Below the pieces are notes generated by a model. The model saw only the letters and a program-made list of their open reading frames with translations. It did not search any database and was not told the DNA's origin. Source: Convolutriloba macropyga (taxonomy: Eukaryota). Taken from it: a stretch of DNA of 64,000 nt. The first letter of the stretch is position 1; every line of letters begins with the position of its first letter. This document shows, in pieces, positions 1-13,923 of this stretch. Location of the stretch: positions 84,630,001 to 84,694,000 of the forward strand of contig NC_134469.1 in the NCBI RefSeq assembly GCF_964194025.1, given 5' to 3'. A program made the translations under genes and the position numbers.

Positions 1-70
1 GTAAGGGTAGGGTAGTGTTGGTAATAGCAATGGTAGTAGTAGTAGTAGGGGTGGTAGTGGTAGTTGTAGT
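1..70. repeat. Degenerate (GTA/GTG)n microsatellite
   Basis: GGTAGTAGTAGTAGTAG and variants. Confidence 0.8.
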
Positions 71-1334
71 CGAAGTAATGTCACAGTTAAAGACTCTTAG
101 GCCAGGATTTAATGATTAAAATGGCACTGCTGATGTAATTAACTAAGAAGATTATGCAGAGATTAAGCGAGCTCACTTACTCTCTTGCCTACCACGGGGT
201 GGAGTCACAGGAAAGCTTTTAAGCGAACATATCTCACAAGTTTTTGTCTGTGCCCGATTCATTCACGAGATGACATTTTGTTGCGATTCACATTTGGGTC
301 CCAACTATTTAAGGAGCCGGATTGTGTATCCTGGACAGAGTAAATGTGCTTGAGGCTGTTTGATTAAGTTTTTAATTTGAATAATGGCCTTGTTACGCAG
401 ACCTCAAATCACAGGACCTATTCAATCATTTTCAGGAACTGTGTTTATGTTTCAGATTAGATTGAACGTAAAGCGTTTGCACTGGAGGACAAAGCGTATG
501 TAATGGAATTCTTCCCAAATAAGCAAACAAAAAATGTCTGTTATTTTTGTCTAAAGGCAATAAAATGGGAATAAAAGAAGCTCTGTATTGGCTAAGAGGG
601 AAGCGGGATGGAAGATGCATTTTAAGGCTATGGAATGGTGTGTGTGTATGGTGTTTGGTAGCCTGAGGTTCTTTTTGCATCAATTATTAAAGCAATGTAA
701 TCCGCTCTCCGAACAGAGTCTCGTGAACACCTGTTACTATCACTAACGCATTACGGGGATAGGAGGGAAGCTCAAATCAGGATAAAGCACGCGATTCAGT
801 CTAAATATAACAACTTTTCTGAAATAAACAAAGAATTATGTGTTAAAAATTTGCAATCCTGTCTGCTGACCCCCCGCCTTCCAGTGCAGTTGTTGCGTTT
901 GTTGTCTTCTGTTTTTTATTGATATTGAGAGAGGGCGTCCAATAATGATTTATGCCCCCTAAAGGTACGCGGAACTGTAGAATTACAGTTCGCTCTCTTT
1001 ATCTTCTAATGCTGATAAAGTAATGCTTTTTTAAAGAATGCAGTCCTTAGCTGTGCCATAGTTGCTATTTGGGTAGTTTCAATGCTCAGTTAAGTTAAAC
1101 TTAGTGTTTAAAAATTACCTCCGCTTCTGATAATCCGAGCAATTGATACCAATGGTAGCACGTATTTGGTTTTTTTTCACATTTGACTCCTTTATTTTGG
1201 CGGCTCTGAATCGGTTAGAATCTTAAGAATCTCATTTATCAGCTGTTTTCAAAATTGCCTATTTATCTACTTAGTACAGCAGAGGCACCTTTCTTCTCAT
1301 CTGCTTTGTTGACGTTAGTTGCTAAATGTTTTTA

Positions 1335-1715
1335 AGTGCTCTCGAACGAAGTTTGAGGCAATTATTGTAAACGTGTTGCTCTTTTTTATGCAAAAGATTT
1401 GCGCTTTTGTTTGACAATTTTTGCGCTTCTGTTCTAGAATTTTTTCTGACTTGTGTGAGTTTTTCAAGCTTCACTTCATTTTGAGTGATTGCAATTGCTC
1501 TTAATCTGAAATGAAGTTTGTGGCTAATATAAAAATGATTGTTAGCTGTTGTAGCTAAGTGCTTAAAATGCCTGACTGCTATCCTGGAGGTCGAGGGTTC
1601 GATCCCCTTTCATGGCTGTTTTTCACCCAAAAAAGTTCTTAGCTACATGCCTAAATTAAATTGCCCCCGCCTGTCGTTCGAGAACAATTCATCTGACGTT
1701 AGTCGGTTTATGTTT
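1335..1715 (+). mobile_element. Family A HINE/DINE-1-like element with internal tRNA-like cassette
   Basis: TGCTCTCGAACGA + partial IR GTTTGAGGCA; 3' TCGTTCGAGAACAA, stem-loop CTGAC-GTTA-GTCGG, TTTATGTTT. Confidence 0.7.
1544..1617 (+). pseudogene. tRNA-like (SINE-head-like) sequence inside family A element
   Basis: A-box-like TAGCTAAGTGC, AGGTC variable loop, B-box GGTTCGATCCCC; stems imperfect. Confidence 0.6.
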
Positions 1716-1879
1716 GAAAACTACGAGAAACTTTGCGTGTCATCTTTTTTAGGTGAAATTAATTTAGATTAGTTCATATCTTGGCTCGCTGAGTCCTTTC
1801 CCTAAGCTTTGATGAAGTATAGAATTGTCCGAACGGTTACATCGAACTATCTGGGCAGCGAAGCCAGACGGTGAGCTTT

Positions 1880-1960
1880 CTTTAGCTGCGAAACTGTCAG
1901 CTGAGCGTAGATATATTGCGGTGATCGTGGCTTTTTGTGATTCGAAGAATTTGAATTGCA
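1880..1960 (+). mobile_element. Family C 5' end (3' end not securely located)
   Basis: TAGCTGCGAAACTGTCAGCTGAGCGTAGATATATTGCG...TCGAAGA matches 25451-25516. Confidence 0.55.
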
Positions 1961-3807
1961 AAAGACAGCTGTCTTTTTAAAAATATTTCCACACAATTTC
2001 ATGATTTTAGAAGTCAAATTGGAGGGGTGATTTTGGTCACACCGAAACAGGAACTGGAGTGCAGAAGTTAAAATTTTTCACTCTAGTTTTTAGTAAGAAT
2101 GGAGAACACAATTTTTGGGCAATATATTGTTTTGCTGATATTGGTTATTGTTCACATGCGACAGTTTGACTTTTATAAACTATCTTGATCGTATTTTTTT
2201 CTGGATAATTTTTCAAGTCAATGTTAGTCACTTCTAGGTCTAGTGTTTTGTTTGGTCGAATAAAACACTCGTCTTTCTGTCATCTGACGCTTATTTTTCG
2301 TATTACTTTTTTTCACGACATAACCTCCAAGGGGCCTCTTTTATGTCACTCTCAAACTTCTTATATGCTTGACTTCATTTGTTGCCCTCATTGGCAATGA
2401 CTTTAAATGAGTTTCTTGATATATTTCATAATTGACTCACCTCAATGACTTAACACCAACATTATGGTAACTTTGTATTACTTTCAACCTTTTCAACGTT
2501 AAAATGGGACTCCTATTTAATATAGGCTATGATTTATGAGGGATTACAACTAAAATGTAACTAACACTATGATTGTTTGCAATCTAATTTTTTATAGGTT
2601 TCGTTTCATTTCGCGCAATGGTTCAATTAATGTTAGGCTAAATTGAGATTTTTTCTCGACAGGAATCTAAAATTATTTAGAAATGTTTGAATGTAGATTG
2701 TTTAAAAACACTACAAGAATTGCTATACTTTGTTGTGTCATCTTCCATGTTTTATTTAATGACATTGTGGAGTTCTTGTTTTGAGGTTCTTCTCTTGTAC
2801 GGGATATGTTCTTTTACGATGTTTGGTTTTTTGCACTGCCATTACTTTAGATTTGTCACAAATTTGTAGGCTTATCATAATGAATTTTTCGTCAATTTTA
2901 ACGATGTAAAAATTCGTAATATCTTGTTGATTTTCTTAAAATAGTTCAATTTTTGTCTAAGTATCTGAAAAGTTCCATTCTGTACGATTTTCAGGAGCAA
3001 AGGTTTGTTACTCCACTTCGTTTTCGTTCTCTTTTGTATAATAATTTGATTTCTTCTCTTTTTCTGTCCAGCTTTTAGGCGAATTGTAAAAACTACGAAA
3101 TTTGCGGATGTTCACCAGTGTATATCTGGAAGTTTTACTACGCTGACTTTGGCGTTAGCCATTTTGCTAGAAACGAGTAGCAATAGCCATTTTCTTTAAA
3201 ACTGAGTTGAGGTGATTTTCAAAGGTTAGGTTGGAATCAATTTGTACTACTAGACTAGATAACAAGCCTGCGCTGGTTTAATAACTTCACGTTTAAAAGA
3301 AAACTCAAGATCTGAATTAGTATGATTTGTAAATAATATTTGTACTATCGGCGTTTATTGTGTAATGATTAACTGTCAGAGATTTGTCTGTTTCTTCTAA
3401 TATTTTTCAATTTTTAATGGAATATTTTCATTATTTTTAAAATTATTTTGCGAATAATACTAGTGTTATCCGCAAATTGAACAATGTCATTTTCACCTTC
3501 CATTTTTTCAGAAAAATTGTTGACGTATAAAAGAAAATCGTAGCACTGTTCCTTGAGGAACACCATCGTAATTAAATATCAGAAATTAAATTGTAAATGC
3601 GCAACGTTTTTGCTGAATCATTGTTTTTTTTCTGAACAAATGTGTTAGAGTGCATTTTTTATTTGAACAATCAAAGTTTGACAGAAATTGAAATTTGCAG
3701 AAACGAAATAAAATTCTCTCGAAAGTAAAAGTTCTCAAATGTTGTTATGTTGATTATGAAACGTTGTTAGGTAGCATAGGAAACGTTGTTAGGTTGCTTA
3801 TGAAGAT

Positions 3808-6431
3808 TATTGTTCCGACCCTCTTGAGGGGGGAGGAACTATATACTCAACTGGGTTTTTTTTTGTTCCGTGAATTTTCGCCGCTCGATATATTCATCGT
3901 AGAGAGTTGAGACTGGTATCATTAGAAAGCTCGTCTAGCGTAGAATATGGAATTTAAAAGATTTTTTTATTTTCGTTTTCTACAGGGAGTTATCGAGGCT
4001 TAAACTTCTGAGAAAAGAAGAGTGAATTCACGTTTTTATTCACATTTTAAGAATAGTGTCGTTGAAGACGAACAAGCATTTTTGAAGACGAACAAGCATT
4101 TTTGATTGTTTTGATTTAATTTTTTGGTCAAAAAATCTGGATAAACATTTCAAAATTTAGCCTTTTTCATCAACAACAGCACGAAATAAGCTACTTTAGT
4201 CCACTTTGATTAAATTTGCCTACAGTACACCCCCAAACAACACTCATACAATCTTTGTAGACTCAGAGGGGGGTTATTTCTACTTCAGAGTCCGCAGAGA
4301 GTGCCTTGTAGTTAAAACTTTGCCGTTTTTTGCTAACTTTACTCGTTGATTATCAAAAATGCAGAATTTATTTTGAGTTTCAACTCAGAAATTATCTATA
4401 TCTACAACATTCGAAAAATCAATTGTTCTTAGCGGACAATAAGTATTAACAGGGGTAGTTTTGGGCCATTCTTGGACTGTTACAATCCAAAAAAAATTGG
4501 GTTGTAATCAGTCGGTCTTTTTTTAAAAAAAAAAGACTTTTTTTTTAATAATAAAGAACAGAACATATCATATCAAAGCTCAGGAGTGATAGGTCCAACC
4601 AATTCGCTTGCTAAACAGCTGCAGGCTAATGCATTTAGTTTTTAAATTGAAAGTTTATGGTCGTTTGTTTTTTAAAAATAATTGACTTTTCAATAAATAA
4701 TGGCTTAATTAACTTTTCCTCTATGTTTTTCTTAATTTGTTCAACTTCCAGCTTAGTGTCAGCAAAAAAAGACTGCTTTTTCTTTCTACTGAGTTAACAT
4801 TTATTCTCGGTTGCAGTTTTAAGCCTGAAATTATTGTTTTCTGGCTTTGATACTACAAGATTTTAGATTTTTGTTTGTTTTGATATTTGCCAGTTTTTCA
4901 CGTTTTCTAATTTTGTCACATTATCACATTATTGACAGTTCTCATGTCACCTTATTAGCATTCAAATTAAAGCACAATTGAACATATTAAAATCCTGAAA
5001 GATATAAATAATCGTTTTAATGGCCTCGACGCCTCTTTCTTGAAGAAATCAATTGAATTTTTTAATTTTGTCTTTACTGTCATTTATACTTTGTCGTTTC
5101 GGTCGTATGAAATTTCCTGTATAGTGATAGTTTTCATTGGCTTTTCATGGAAGAATAGAAAAACTGATATTCTGATATTAGCAGATAGCTGATGGCTTTT
5201 ATGACTTTCAAACCCATCGTTTTCCAAAATTAAAAAAAAAACTTTTTTAACTTCGCAATTTTGTTCTTTTTGTTTCTTTTTGTTACCTAATCTCGTTAGT
5301 TGATTACAGGTCAAATATGACATTATGGGTGTCAAGGGAATAAAAGGGATTGGTGTCCCAAAATCTTTTTTTTAAAGATTTTGTTATGACCTTACTGGCT
5401 TCGACACCGCTTTTTCACAAAAAAAAAATTAAATTAATTTGATTTTTGTCATATTTGACGTTCTTTTTGTAGATGCAAGAAATATTCTGGATAATTACAG
5501 GTCTCGAGGGTTTCCTTTTCATGAAAAAATGACGATATTTAAATAGCTCTTTTTAAAATTAATGCCTTTCATGACATTGAATGTAATTTTGTTTCGAAAA
5601 AAAAATTAAAATATTACATTTAGCACGTCGCTTTTTTGTCTACTTGTTACCTAGTCTTACTAATGAATGGCCACGTACTACATTATAGCTGTTTGAAGAA
5701 GGCGCAATCAAATATATTTTGAGTGCCAAAATTTGGCTTGACGGTTTTGACAGCGTTTTCTGGCAAGTTTCAATTGAAATTTTGTTTGTTCTTTGTTGTT
5801 CTTTTTAGCCGCTCTAAAAAATGAATAAGGTCAGGTCCTAATGCCCTTCTATAGAAGCAGTGGTAATCGCAAATTTGTGGTAATATTAATTCATTCCTAA
5901 TGGTATTTATTACTTTGAAGTTAATTGTTTCAAAAAAATAAGTTAATTTTTTTTACTTTTCTGTTTTTGTTCTTTTTTGTATAATTGTTACCAAACCTTT
6001 TTATGGACTGGTCGCATATTTTTTCTGGTGATTTATAAGTTATTTTTGTTTAGTTTCAGGTTTATCTGACGGTATGTTGACTTTGTTATTAAATTTAGTT
6101 TTTAAGAGGGACATAAATTTTTTTGATGTAATTAATGTTTGTTGTTGTTGTTGTTTGATTTTGCTGTTCGTTTTGACTCGCTTTCTTAATATTGACATAT
6201 TACAGCAATCTAATGCATCAATTTTTACTCCACTGAGTTATTTGTTTTGGAGGTTATCTTATCGTTCATACAGAATTTTTTGAAAAAGACTTGGGCTTTT
6301 TTGGGATTCGCAAAAAACAATTTTTTGGTTTTTCTATCTGTTCCTCATTTGGTAGACAATTATGCCAAAATTGTGGATGGGCGGGGTCGGAACCTTATGT
6401 GCCATTGCACATTACCGAGCCGCCTTGTTTT
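3808..6431 (+). mobile_element. Family B HINE-like element
   Basis: 5' TGTTCCGACCC (3811) with partial IR GGGGGAGGAAC; 3' GGGTCGGAAC (6384-6393), stem-loop ATGTGC-CATT-GCACAT, CGAGCCGCCTTGTTTT. Confidence 0.7.
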
Positions 6432-8807
6432 ATTTGGTCTTAACCTGTTTTTTGCTGTTTCAGACCTCTCAAACTTCAGGATTATTGCCGAAAACTAATT
6501 ACTTCTTCGAAAGTTGGCCTTTTGTACTCTTCTATTATTAAAGAAATAAGCAAAATGAGAGAGTTTGGAACACATTTTACTCACATTGCTAAAACCTGCT
6601 TGTTGTCAATGTTATCAGTGATCTATTGAAACTGAAGGAATGAATGCTGTTTCGCGAATACTGCTTCCTTCTTACTGCATTTTTCTACCAGTTCTACAAT
6701 GAATTTCACAAATTTCATGTTCGTTAGCTATTTGTTGAAGTTGCTTAGCAAACTGAGTGGCTGAAGCTCTCAATACCGAGTGCAGGTGAGTTCTGTCTTT
6801 GTTCCTACAATCACAAGAACCGTGTTAAAATTTTCAATTCAATTAGAGCGTATTGTGAAGTGGTTGAAGCTTAGCACCAAATTTGAGTCAAAATTAAATC
6901 ACTTAATTTATCCACAACCTCTTTGATAGGAAAGATTGCTTCATCCACGATAGACAATGAAATAATCAAATTTGCAGAATCACTTCTGAGTGAATGCATC
7001 AAATCAATTGATCAGTTTCAACCTACCTTTGATTCCTCCTTAATTCAATTAACCATCAATTCCCGTCAAGTTACGAGGAGTGCGTTGAGCTATTAAACCC
7101 TCGCAGCCTTACCCCCTCACTTCTTTTCCGTGAAAGCTTAAAGCACGGATAATGGAGCTCCGATTATGGGTTCACTCAAGTTCGGTATCCTTGCTATCAA
7201 GCTGGGAAAAGCGAATAAGTGGAAAAGGTCAAACTTCATATTAATGTCGTGACCACATAACAATCATTCTTTAGTTGCCATATTAAGTTCAAGTGAGGTT
7301 CAAGTTCACAGTTTAGGTAACTGTTTCCGTTAACATCTCGTTAGCATTTGTAAACAAATTTAAGATTTTTGCTTTTATTAGAGGGATGGGATGGATATAA
7401 GGCAAAATTTACTCTGGGAAATTGGGGGAAAACGATTAAAAATACTTTAGACAGTACTTCAAAATTCAATTTACACAATTGTCTTTACAAGAAAATGAGT
7501 TAATAAAGTGCTTGTAGAATGTACTAATTGTTCAAAAAATTCATTGAAATGTTTTTGGCAAAAGGTACAAGGGAAAGAGTGGAGAATATGAGGGAAACTT
7601 TGATACAATTGGAAACCTAAACTGAGATAATAAAATGCTTAATATTTATAAAACTTTTGACTATGATTTTATCAACCATTATCACGTAAAGACAATGGTT
7701 AGGGACAATTGAGTAATTTATGTCGTCAAGTGGGTTTTGAAGTACCGTATATAAGAAGTTTAAGTAGCTTTCGCCAAATTTCCATAAACGATTAGTTAAA
7801 AATTTTCGCCTAATGGCTACAGAGGTTTCTTCAGCCTAATCGAGTTTTCGCCGAATGACCTACGCCATTACTACTATGTACTAGTATTAAGGTGTAAAAA
7901 TATTTAAAATTACTTGTAGATTGTCATTTTATACGGGGTGGGGAGATAGTTTTGAATTTGACTTTAAATTTGGATTGTTATTTGGTTATTGGATACATTA
8001 CGCTTCAGCAATTTTGAAACAGGCAGACTGTGTTTAAAATTAGATTCGTCTCTTTTCCTTAAATGATTCGTTTTGAAGACGAAGTCTTTTTGTTCAGTTG
8101 CAATTTTGCATCTCCATTTGGTGAAGAGGACAAGCGTGGAATGTTTACAATTACATCCATTATGCCAAGTGGAGTTACCTCATTTTGTTGCTAGTGGTCA
8201 TTACTCTCTCCTTAGAGGGCTAGTAATGGTAACTGCAATTAGGTGTGCTGGTCTTTCAAACTTCGATTAAATCTTGCATCGCAAATTCAACTGACGCTTA
8301 TCTTTTTGTCTAATGTACCGCAATTAAGATAATGATTCCCGTACGTGCTGATAATTTCTTACTTTTAGAATATCGACTGCTAATATTCGTTGAAGCTGCA
8401 CGATATTAACAAGTGCCCCCCCCCACGTTTTTAATTGCTATTCTGTGTAAGAGGACTCATCTCATGATAAAGGGAAAATGGAGCATATTCAGAAATGGTT
8501 GTATAACACGTTACTTGGTTACTTAACTCCATTTCTACTTTTTGATTCAGAGACCTGACTGAAAATATCTTGTTTCATTTTTTAGGAGTAGCGGGTATTT
8601 AGATCTGGAATGTTTTCCTTCACATTTAATCCCATGTATCGTCTTCTCTAACAATTAAAACCGTATTTCTAATTTTAATTCAAATTTTATTGCTGCGTAT
8701 AAACTTTATAACTCATCGGTTCTCTGAAAGTCTATAACTTTTTAAAAAGTAAATGAGTGAAATCGGCCTGTCCAGTAACTTATTTGTTATCTTCGACTGC
8801 AGAAATG

Positions 8808-11800
8808 CAACAAGGCGGCTCGTTAATGTGCGTTCGCACATGATGTTCCGACCCGAGCTCATCTACATTTTTGACTAAAATGTCAACCAAATCAAGAGAT
8901 AACAAAAATAGATGTTTGAGTTTAAAACAATCGTTACACATTCTATCTACTAATTGAATTACTAATGCCATGCTTCATTACAGCACCAACGTGACCTGAC
9001 ATTGAAGAGACTAGAAAAAAAATAGCACCAACAAAATTTTGGCGGCAAAAAATGAATATCTAAATTTAAAAGCACCTGGTAACAACGTCAAAATGCAGTC
9101 AGATAAAACCTTAACTACACAAGTTTACCTTTTACTAACTATACAGCAGATGAAAAGTTTTCTTAACGAGACTAGGTAACAAGCCGACAAAAAGAACGAA
9201 CAGTGAGGCGAAACTTAAAAATTAATCAACATTTTTTGCACCAAGAAAATTCAAAAATCTTAAAAAACATTGGTTTTTAATAAAAAAATCCTTGATAAAT
9301 TACTAAAAAGTCATTACAAAACCAAAAGCACCCGTCTGTGGTCAGACTATGCCATAGAAACAAACTAAAGCGAAACTCAAAAAATTACAAACGATTTGCG
9401 AAAACACAAACCTTTGCTACCATTAAAATCAATACCTATCATCTGAATATGTATTTTTAATTCAGTTGTTATTTCTGCTATTTCAGTTGAAGGATTTATA
9501 CTGAAAGATTAAATAAGTTTACTTGGGCCACATTTAAAAACCATTGGGATCTGTTATTACGCGATTGTTCTGAAGGAAGAGAAAAAGAAACGCAAAAAAT
9601 GGCCATTCAATAAACGTTCAGAAAAACGAAACAACAGTGGCACATAATATCAATATATATGTTATTTCTTGAAATACACGAAATTCGATGGGACATCTGA
9701 TTGATGAATAGAAGTTAAATTTGACGAAAGGAACCTATTCGCTATATACTGAATGTTTCGAGCAACATCATTCATTCAGTCCTCAATTACAAGCCTATGA
9801 GATCTGTGAGCAATTTACGGCTACCTAAAGAACAAAAACAGCGAATTCAGGAAAAAAAATTGAGCGACAAAAGGGTCGAAGGCATTAAAAAACTGAACTT
9901 TTCACTAAACACTCTTCAATTTTAAATTAATTTTTCAGGAGCAATGGGAAAACCTTTTTTATCAATATAATTTCAAAAAATCAACAAATATAAACAAATA
10001 CATTAGACGCACGAAAATTGCGGGAAAACACGTATTATCAACGCCATTAAATTCATTAGCCTTCAACGGAACCAGTATATACAATAAATGATGCCTCGAG
10101 GGGACAATAAGTTTTTTTGCCAATCGTATTTCATCAATAAGACCTTACAACAAGTTAATGACTATGAAAACAACAACAGAGAGAGGCAAAAACCACAAAT
10201 TCAGTAGAAAAGTGCCTGAAGAAAATGTCGAAGCAACTCAAATCATAAGCTCTTCCCTGAAAACTTTATTTATGATCCGTTGAACTTCTTCCCTAAACCA
10301 ATAGGGGTTCTCAGCAGTAAGATGATGTGATAAGATTTCAAAAGGATCGAAAAACAAAATAAAGTACCCAAAAAAAATATGAATTCTCGTGGCATTGATG
10401 TTTTAAAACTAATAGGTAGAAGATAAAACCGCTAACCAGATTAATTTTGGCTATAGTAGAACGGAAATGGATTCTGTTAGAACCAACAATGACCAAGAGT
10501 ATTCACGAAAAAAAATTAGGAATGGTTGAATTTCAAAAAAGTTTCGAAAAATTATTTTTAAACCCTTAACAGCCAGTAAACTCAATCTTTCATCGGAGCT
10601 CAATGACGATGCTCAGATATAACCCATAGGGAGGAAAATGATGTCTGTCATGCATAGATAGTTAAAAATACATCACAATAAGTCTTATGACAGAAAACAA
10701 TAACAAAAAAGCAAAAACTAAAATTCAGTAGAAAAATGCGAGAAGAAAGTGTCGAAGACAATTAAACCATTAGCTATTCTCTGAAAACTTTCTCTGTGAT
10801 CCACTGAACGTCCTCTCTAAGCCAATTGGATTACAATAATCTTTGGATAATGTGATAAAGAGTTCAAAAGTGACCAATAATTCAAAAAATCCAAAAAAAA
10901 AATTTAAAAAAATTGAAATCTTTGTCATTGAAGTCATATAACCAATAGCTAGAAGATAAAACAGCTAAACAGAATATTTTTAGTCGCAGTAAAAAGCAAG
11001 TGGGTCCAGTCAATACTGAAACTCACTAACAGTTCAAGAAAAATTTAGGAATTGTTATTGTTCAAATAAAATTTTCGAAAAATGATTTTTATTTTAACAG
11101 ACAATAAATTCAATAGCTTTCAACGGAAGTCAATAAAAACGCTCAAAGATGCCCCGGTGGCAGTACATTTATGTTTTTCATGCATAGGTATTCATTATGA
11201 GATCACAGTAAGTATAATGACTATTAAAACAACAAAAAAAAACAGGAGAAAACCAAAAAATCAGTAGAAAAGTGCAAGAAGAACGTGTCGAAGCCATTTA
11301 AACCATAAATTTTTGTTTAAAATTTTTATTGGTCATCCACAGAACATCGTTTTTAAGCTAATGGGAACTGTCAATATTTGGATAATGTGATAAGATTTCA
11401 AAAGTAACCAATAATACGTAAAAATCCAAAAAAAATTTTAAAAAATTGAAATTTTTTGTCATTGAAGTCATATAACCAATAGATAGAAGATAAAACCGCT
11501 AACCAGTTTAATTTTGGTTGCAGTAGGAAGGAAGAGGGTGCTCTCACCCCTGGACTGACTTACAATTCACTATAATAAGATTATGATTCTTTAATATTCA
11601 AAAAAAAATTCGAAAAATTATTTTTTAAGTCTCAACAGCCATTAGCCGCCCCCTCAATGAAATAGACATGTTCACTTAATGCTCATTATGGAACATATTG
11701 CACTGTTAGTCAATGAATCCCTACCATAGGACTCCAAAAAAAATAGTAAAACTTCAAAAAGAAATTCAAAATTTCATTCAAAATTACGAAAACTCAGAAT

Positions 11801-12386
11801 CGAAGCCAAAAAAAAACATGAGCAATTCCTTGAAAACGACGTTTTTTGTTCATTGCGCTTCATTCGACTATAAAGGAGTTTTGTCATTAATAGAACGTCG
11901 ATATAAAATGTGACTTGTCTCTAGGTGACTTAAAAAAGCAAAAAAGAGAAAAGTTTTATTAAAAAAAGGGCTCTCAATTAGAGTTCGATTTTTTTTTTGA
12001 TAGTGAACTTCCCTATGAGACCAGAACTAGTCTTTCTATCGCCTTGCATTCAACTTTTACGAACTCAAAATTTATTCTTTTTATAGAAGTTTGAATTAAT
12101 GTTTTCGTAAAAAAGATCTTAGTTTGAAGAAAATTGTACTAAAAGTGAACAATCATGCTAAAGATCCCATTGTTCACACAAAATTTCAATCCTCGATAAC
12201 TCCTCGAAAAAAACGAAATTCAAAAAAATCTTTTTACTTTTGAATTCTACGCTGGACCAGCTTTTTAATGATACCACTCACATTTCTCTACGACGAATAT
12301 ATCGATCGGCCAAAATTCACTGAACAAAAAAAAAAACCCATTTGAGTATATAGTTCCTTCCCCCACAAGTGGGGTCGGAACAAATT
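8808..12386 (-). mobile_element. Family B HINE-like element with internal ~530-bp triplication
   Basis: 12180-12385 is the reverse complement of ~3810-4010; 8808-8900 is the reverse complement of ~6340-6430, with stem-loop ATGTGCG-TT-CGCACAT and subTIR TGTTCCGACCC. Confidence 0.75.
10130..11645. repeat. Three diverged ~530-bp tandem units
   Basis: TCAGTAGAAAA.TGC..GAAGAA..TGTCGAAG at ~10201, ~10725, ~11261; AGAAGATAAAAC.GCTAA at ~10419, ~10951, ~11485. Confidence 0.8.
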
Positions 12387-13518
12387 AAGGAGCTCACTTT
12401 AGTTGCCTTTTTGACCCTTTGTGCTTATATTCTTCTACAGGCGGAGCAGCTTAATATTAAACACTTTTAGTTGAAAACATTTCACATTGAAATGAATGAG
12501 TTCTATAAATAAAGCGGCCCCTTTTAACTGTTACGTTTTAAACCCTTTAAGAAGACAAATCAATTGCTTTTGCTTATCAAAGCTGATGGATAACGCATTC
12601 CCTATTAGTGAAAACTGGGACAAATACATTTGTGACTCGAGAATTTTTCCTTCCTTATAAGTTGATCTATTTTTATTTTTTCTATATTCTCACCAATGCT
12701 TAATCAACTTGCGCGTCAGATGGATATAAATAGTGAACTGAAACCTTAATATTATACTTACTTGCAATTGAGCGACGATTTTCTTCATTGTTTTTTCCTT
12801 CTGTGTATTGATTATCTGTAGATTTTTAACAAAAAGTATTTTCAGCCTAATAGCAGCAGTAGAGGTATCCAAATTTTTGTTCGAAATTAGTCTATTTTGT
12901 GACATAGGTATTCTGGTGGAGGTCAAGCAAGCCGATAGGAAAGTCAGTCGAATTTTGAGAAAGAGGTCTAGTAAGCCAAAAATACTAACTAAGCGCTGCC
13001 CGGATTACAACGGTTAACAACGTATAACAACTTTAAATAAAAAGCCTAGCCTTAAATAAAAAGCCTCATATAATTGACTTACATAATAGCCTTACATAAG
13101 ACTTTAACATAAGAAGCCTTACATAAAAACTTTACATAGCCGAAAGATTACATAACTTTCGGCTTGCCTTTATTGCGGCTTAATTTGCGTTCACCATTTA
13201 TTCTACGTTGTTTGTCTTTGTTTCTGTACAATTTTCATTCGGAGTATGTTTTTGGCCATTTAGCTGTTTAAGTGAGAGGTGATTTTGCATTTGAAAACAC
13301 AGTTTGTATGGGTATATAAGGTTTTTAAGTGGTGAATGACAATTGTCTCCAATCGCTGCAGTCAACTATGAATCTAATTATTGTCGACCATGCCATATGC
13401 AAAATTAAATCTTCTTGTATGTAAGTTTTTTGTTCAAAATTTTCAATCCAATCTAATAGCTCAGGATTAATTTATTTTTCAGAAGGTTGCAGGCGGTAAA
13501 AAGCTGTTTCAGTTCTTA

Positions 13519-13923
13519 GTTGCTCTCGAACGAAGTTTGAAGCAATTATTGTAAACATAAGTGTTTCTTTTTATGCAGAATTTGTGCTTGAGCGTTTTCT
13601 TCTAGAACATTCTTTCGATTTCACTTTTCGAATTTCACTTTATCAAGTTTGATTTTCGCGTGAACCAATTTGCTCTCATGTAGAAATTTAGTCTCTTGCT
13701 AAAACAACCGATTGTAACAACAGTAATTACAAGATTCTGATAGCTGAGTAGTTAATGTCACCCTCTTACTCTGGAGGTAGTTGCATCGGACCACTCATTT
13801 ACCGGTGTTTTTTTGCACCCATAAATTATCTAGGCTAAGAGACTTAAGCGTTAGCCCATCTGTATTAAATTGGCCCGCCTGTCGTACGGGAGCAATTTGC
13901 CCGGCGTTAGTCGGTTTATGTTT
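13519..13923 (+). mobile_element. Family A HINE-like element
   Basis: TTGCTCTCGAACGAAGTTTGAAGCAA ... CCCGCCTGTCGTACGGGAGCAA, CCGGCGTTAGTCGG, TTTATGTTT; degenerate tRNA-like core ~13735-13805. Confidence 0.7.

Noticed and set aside
6560-7260. Coding-like composition with a CAG|GTGAGT donor near 6786
   Set aside because: Stop codons interrupt the frames inspected and there is no identifiable homology.
3808-12386. Single 8.6-kb TIR transposon
   Set aside because: Each half has its own 3' subTIR and stem-loop (6384-6431, 8808-8854), so these are two opposed family B copies.
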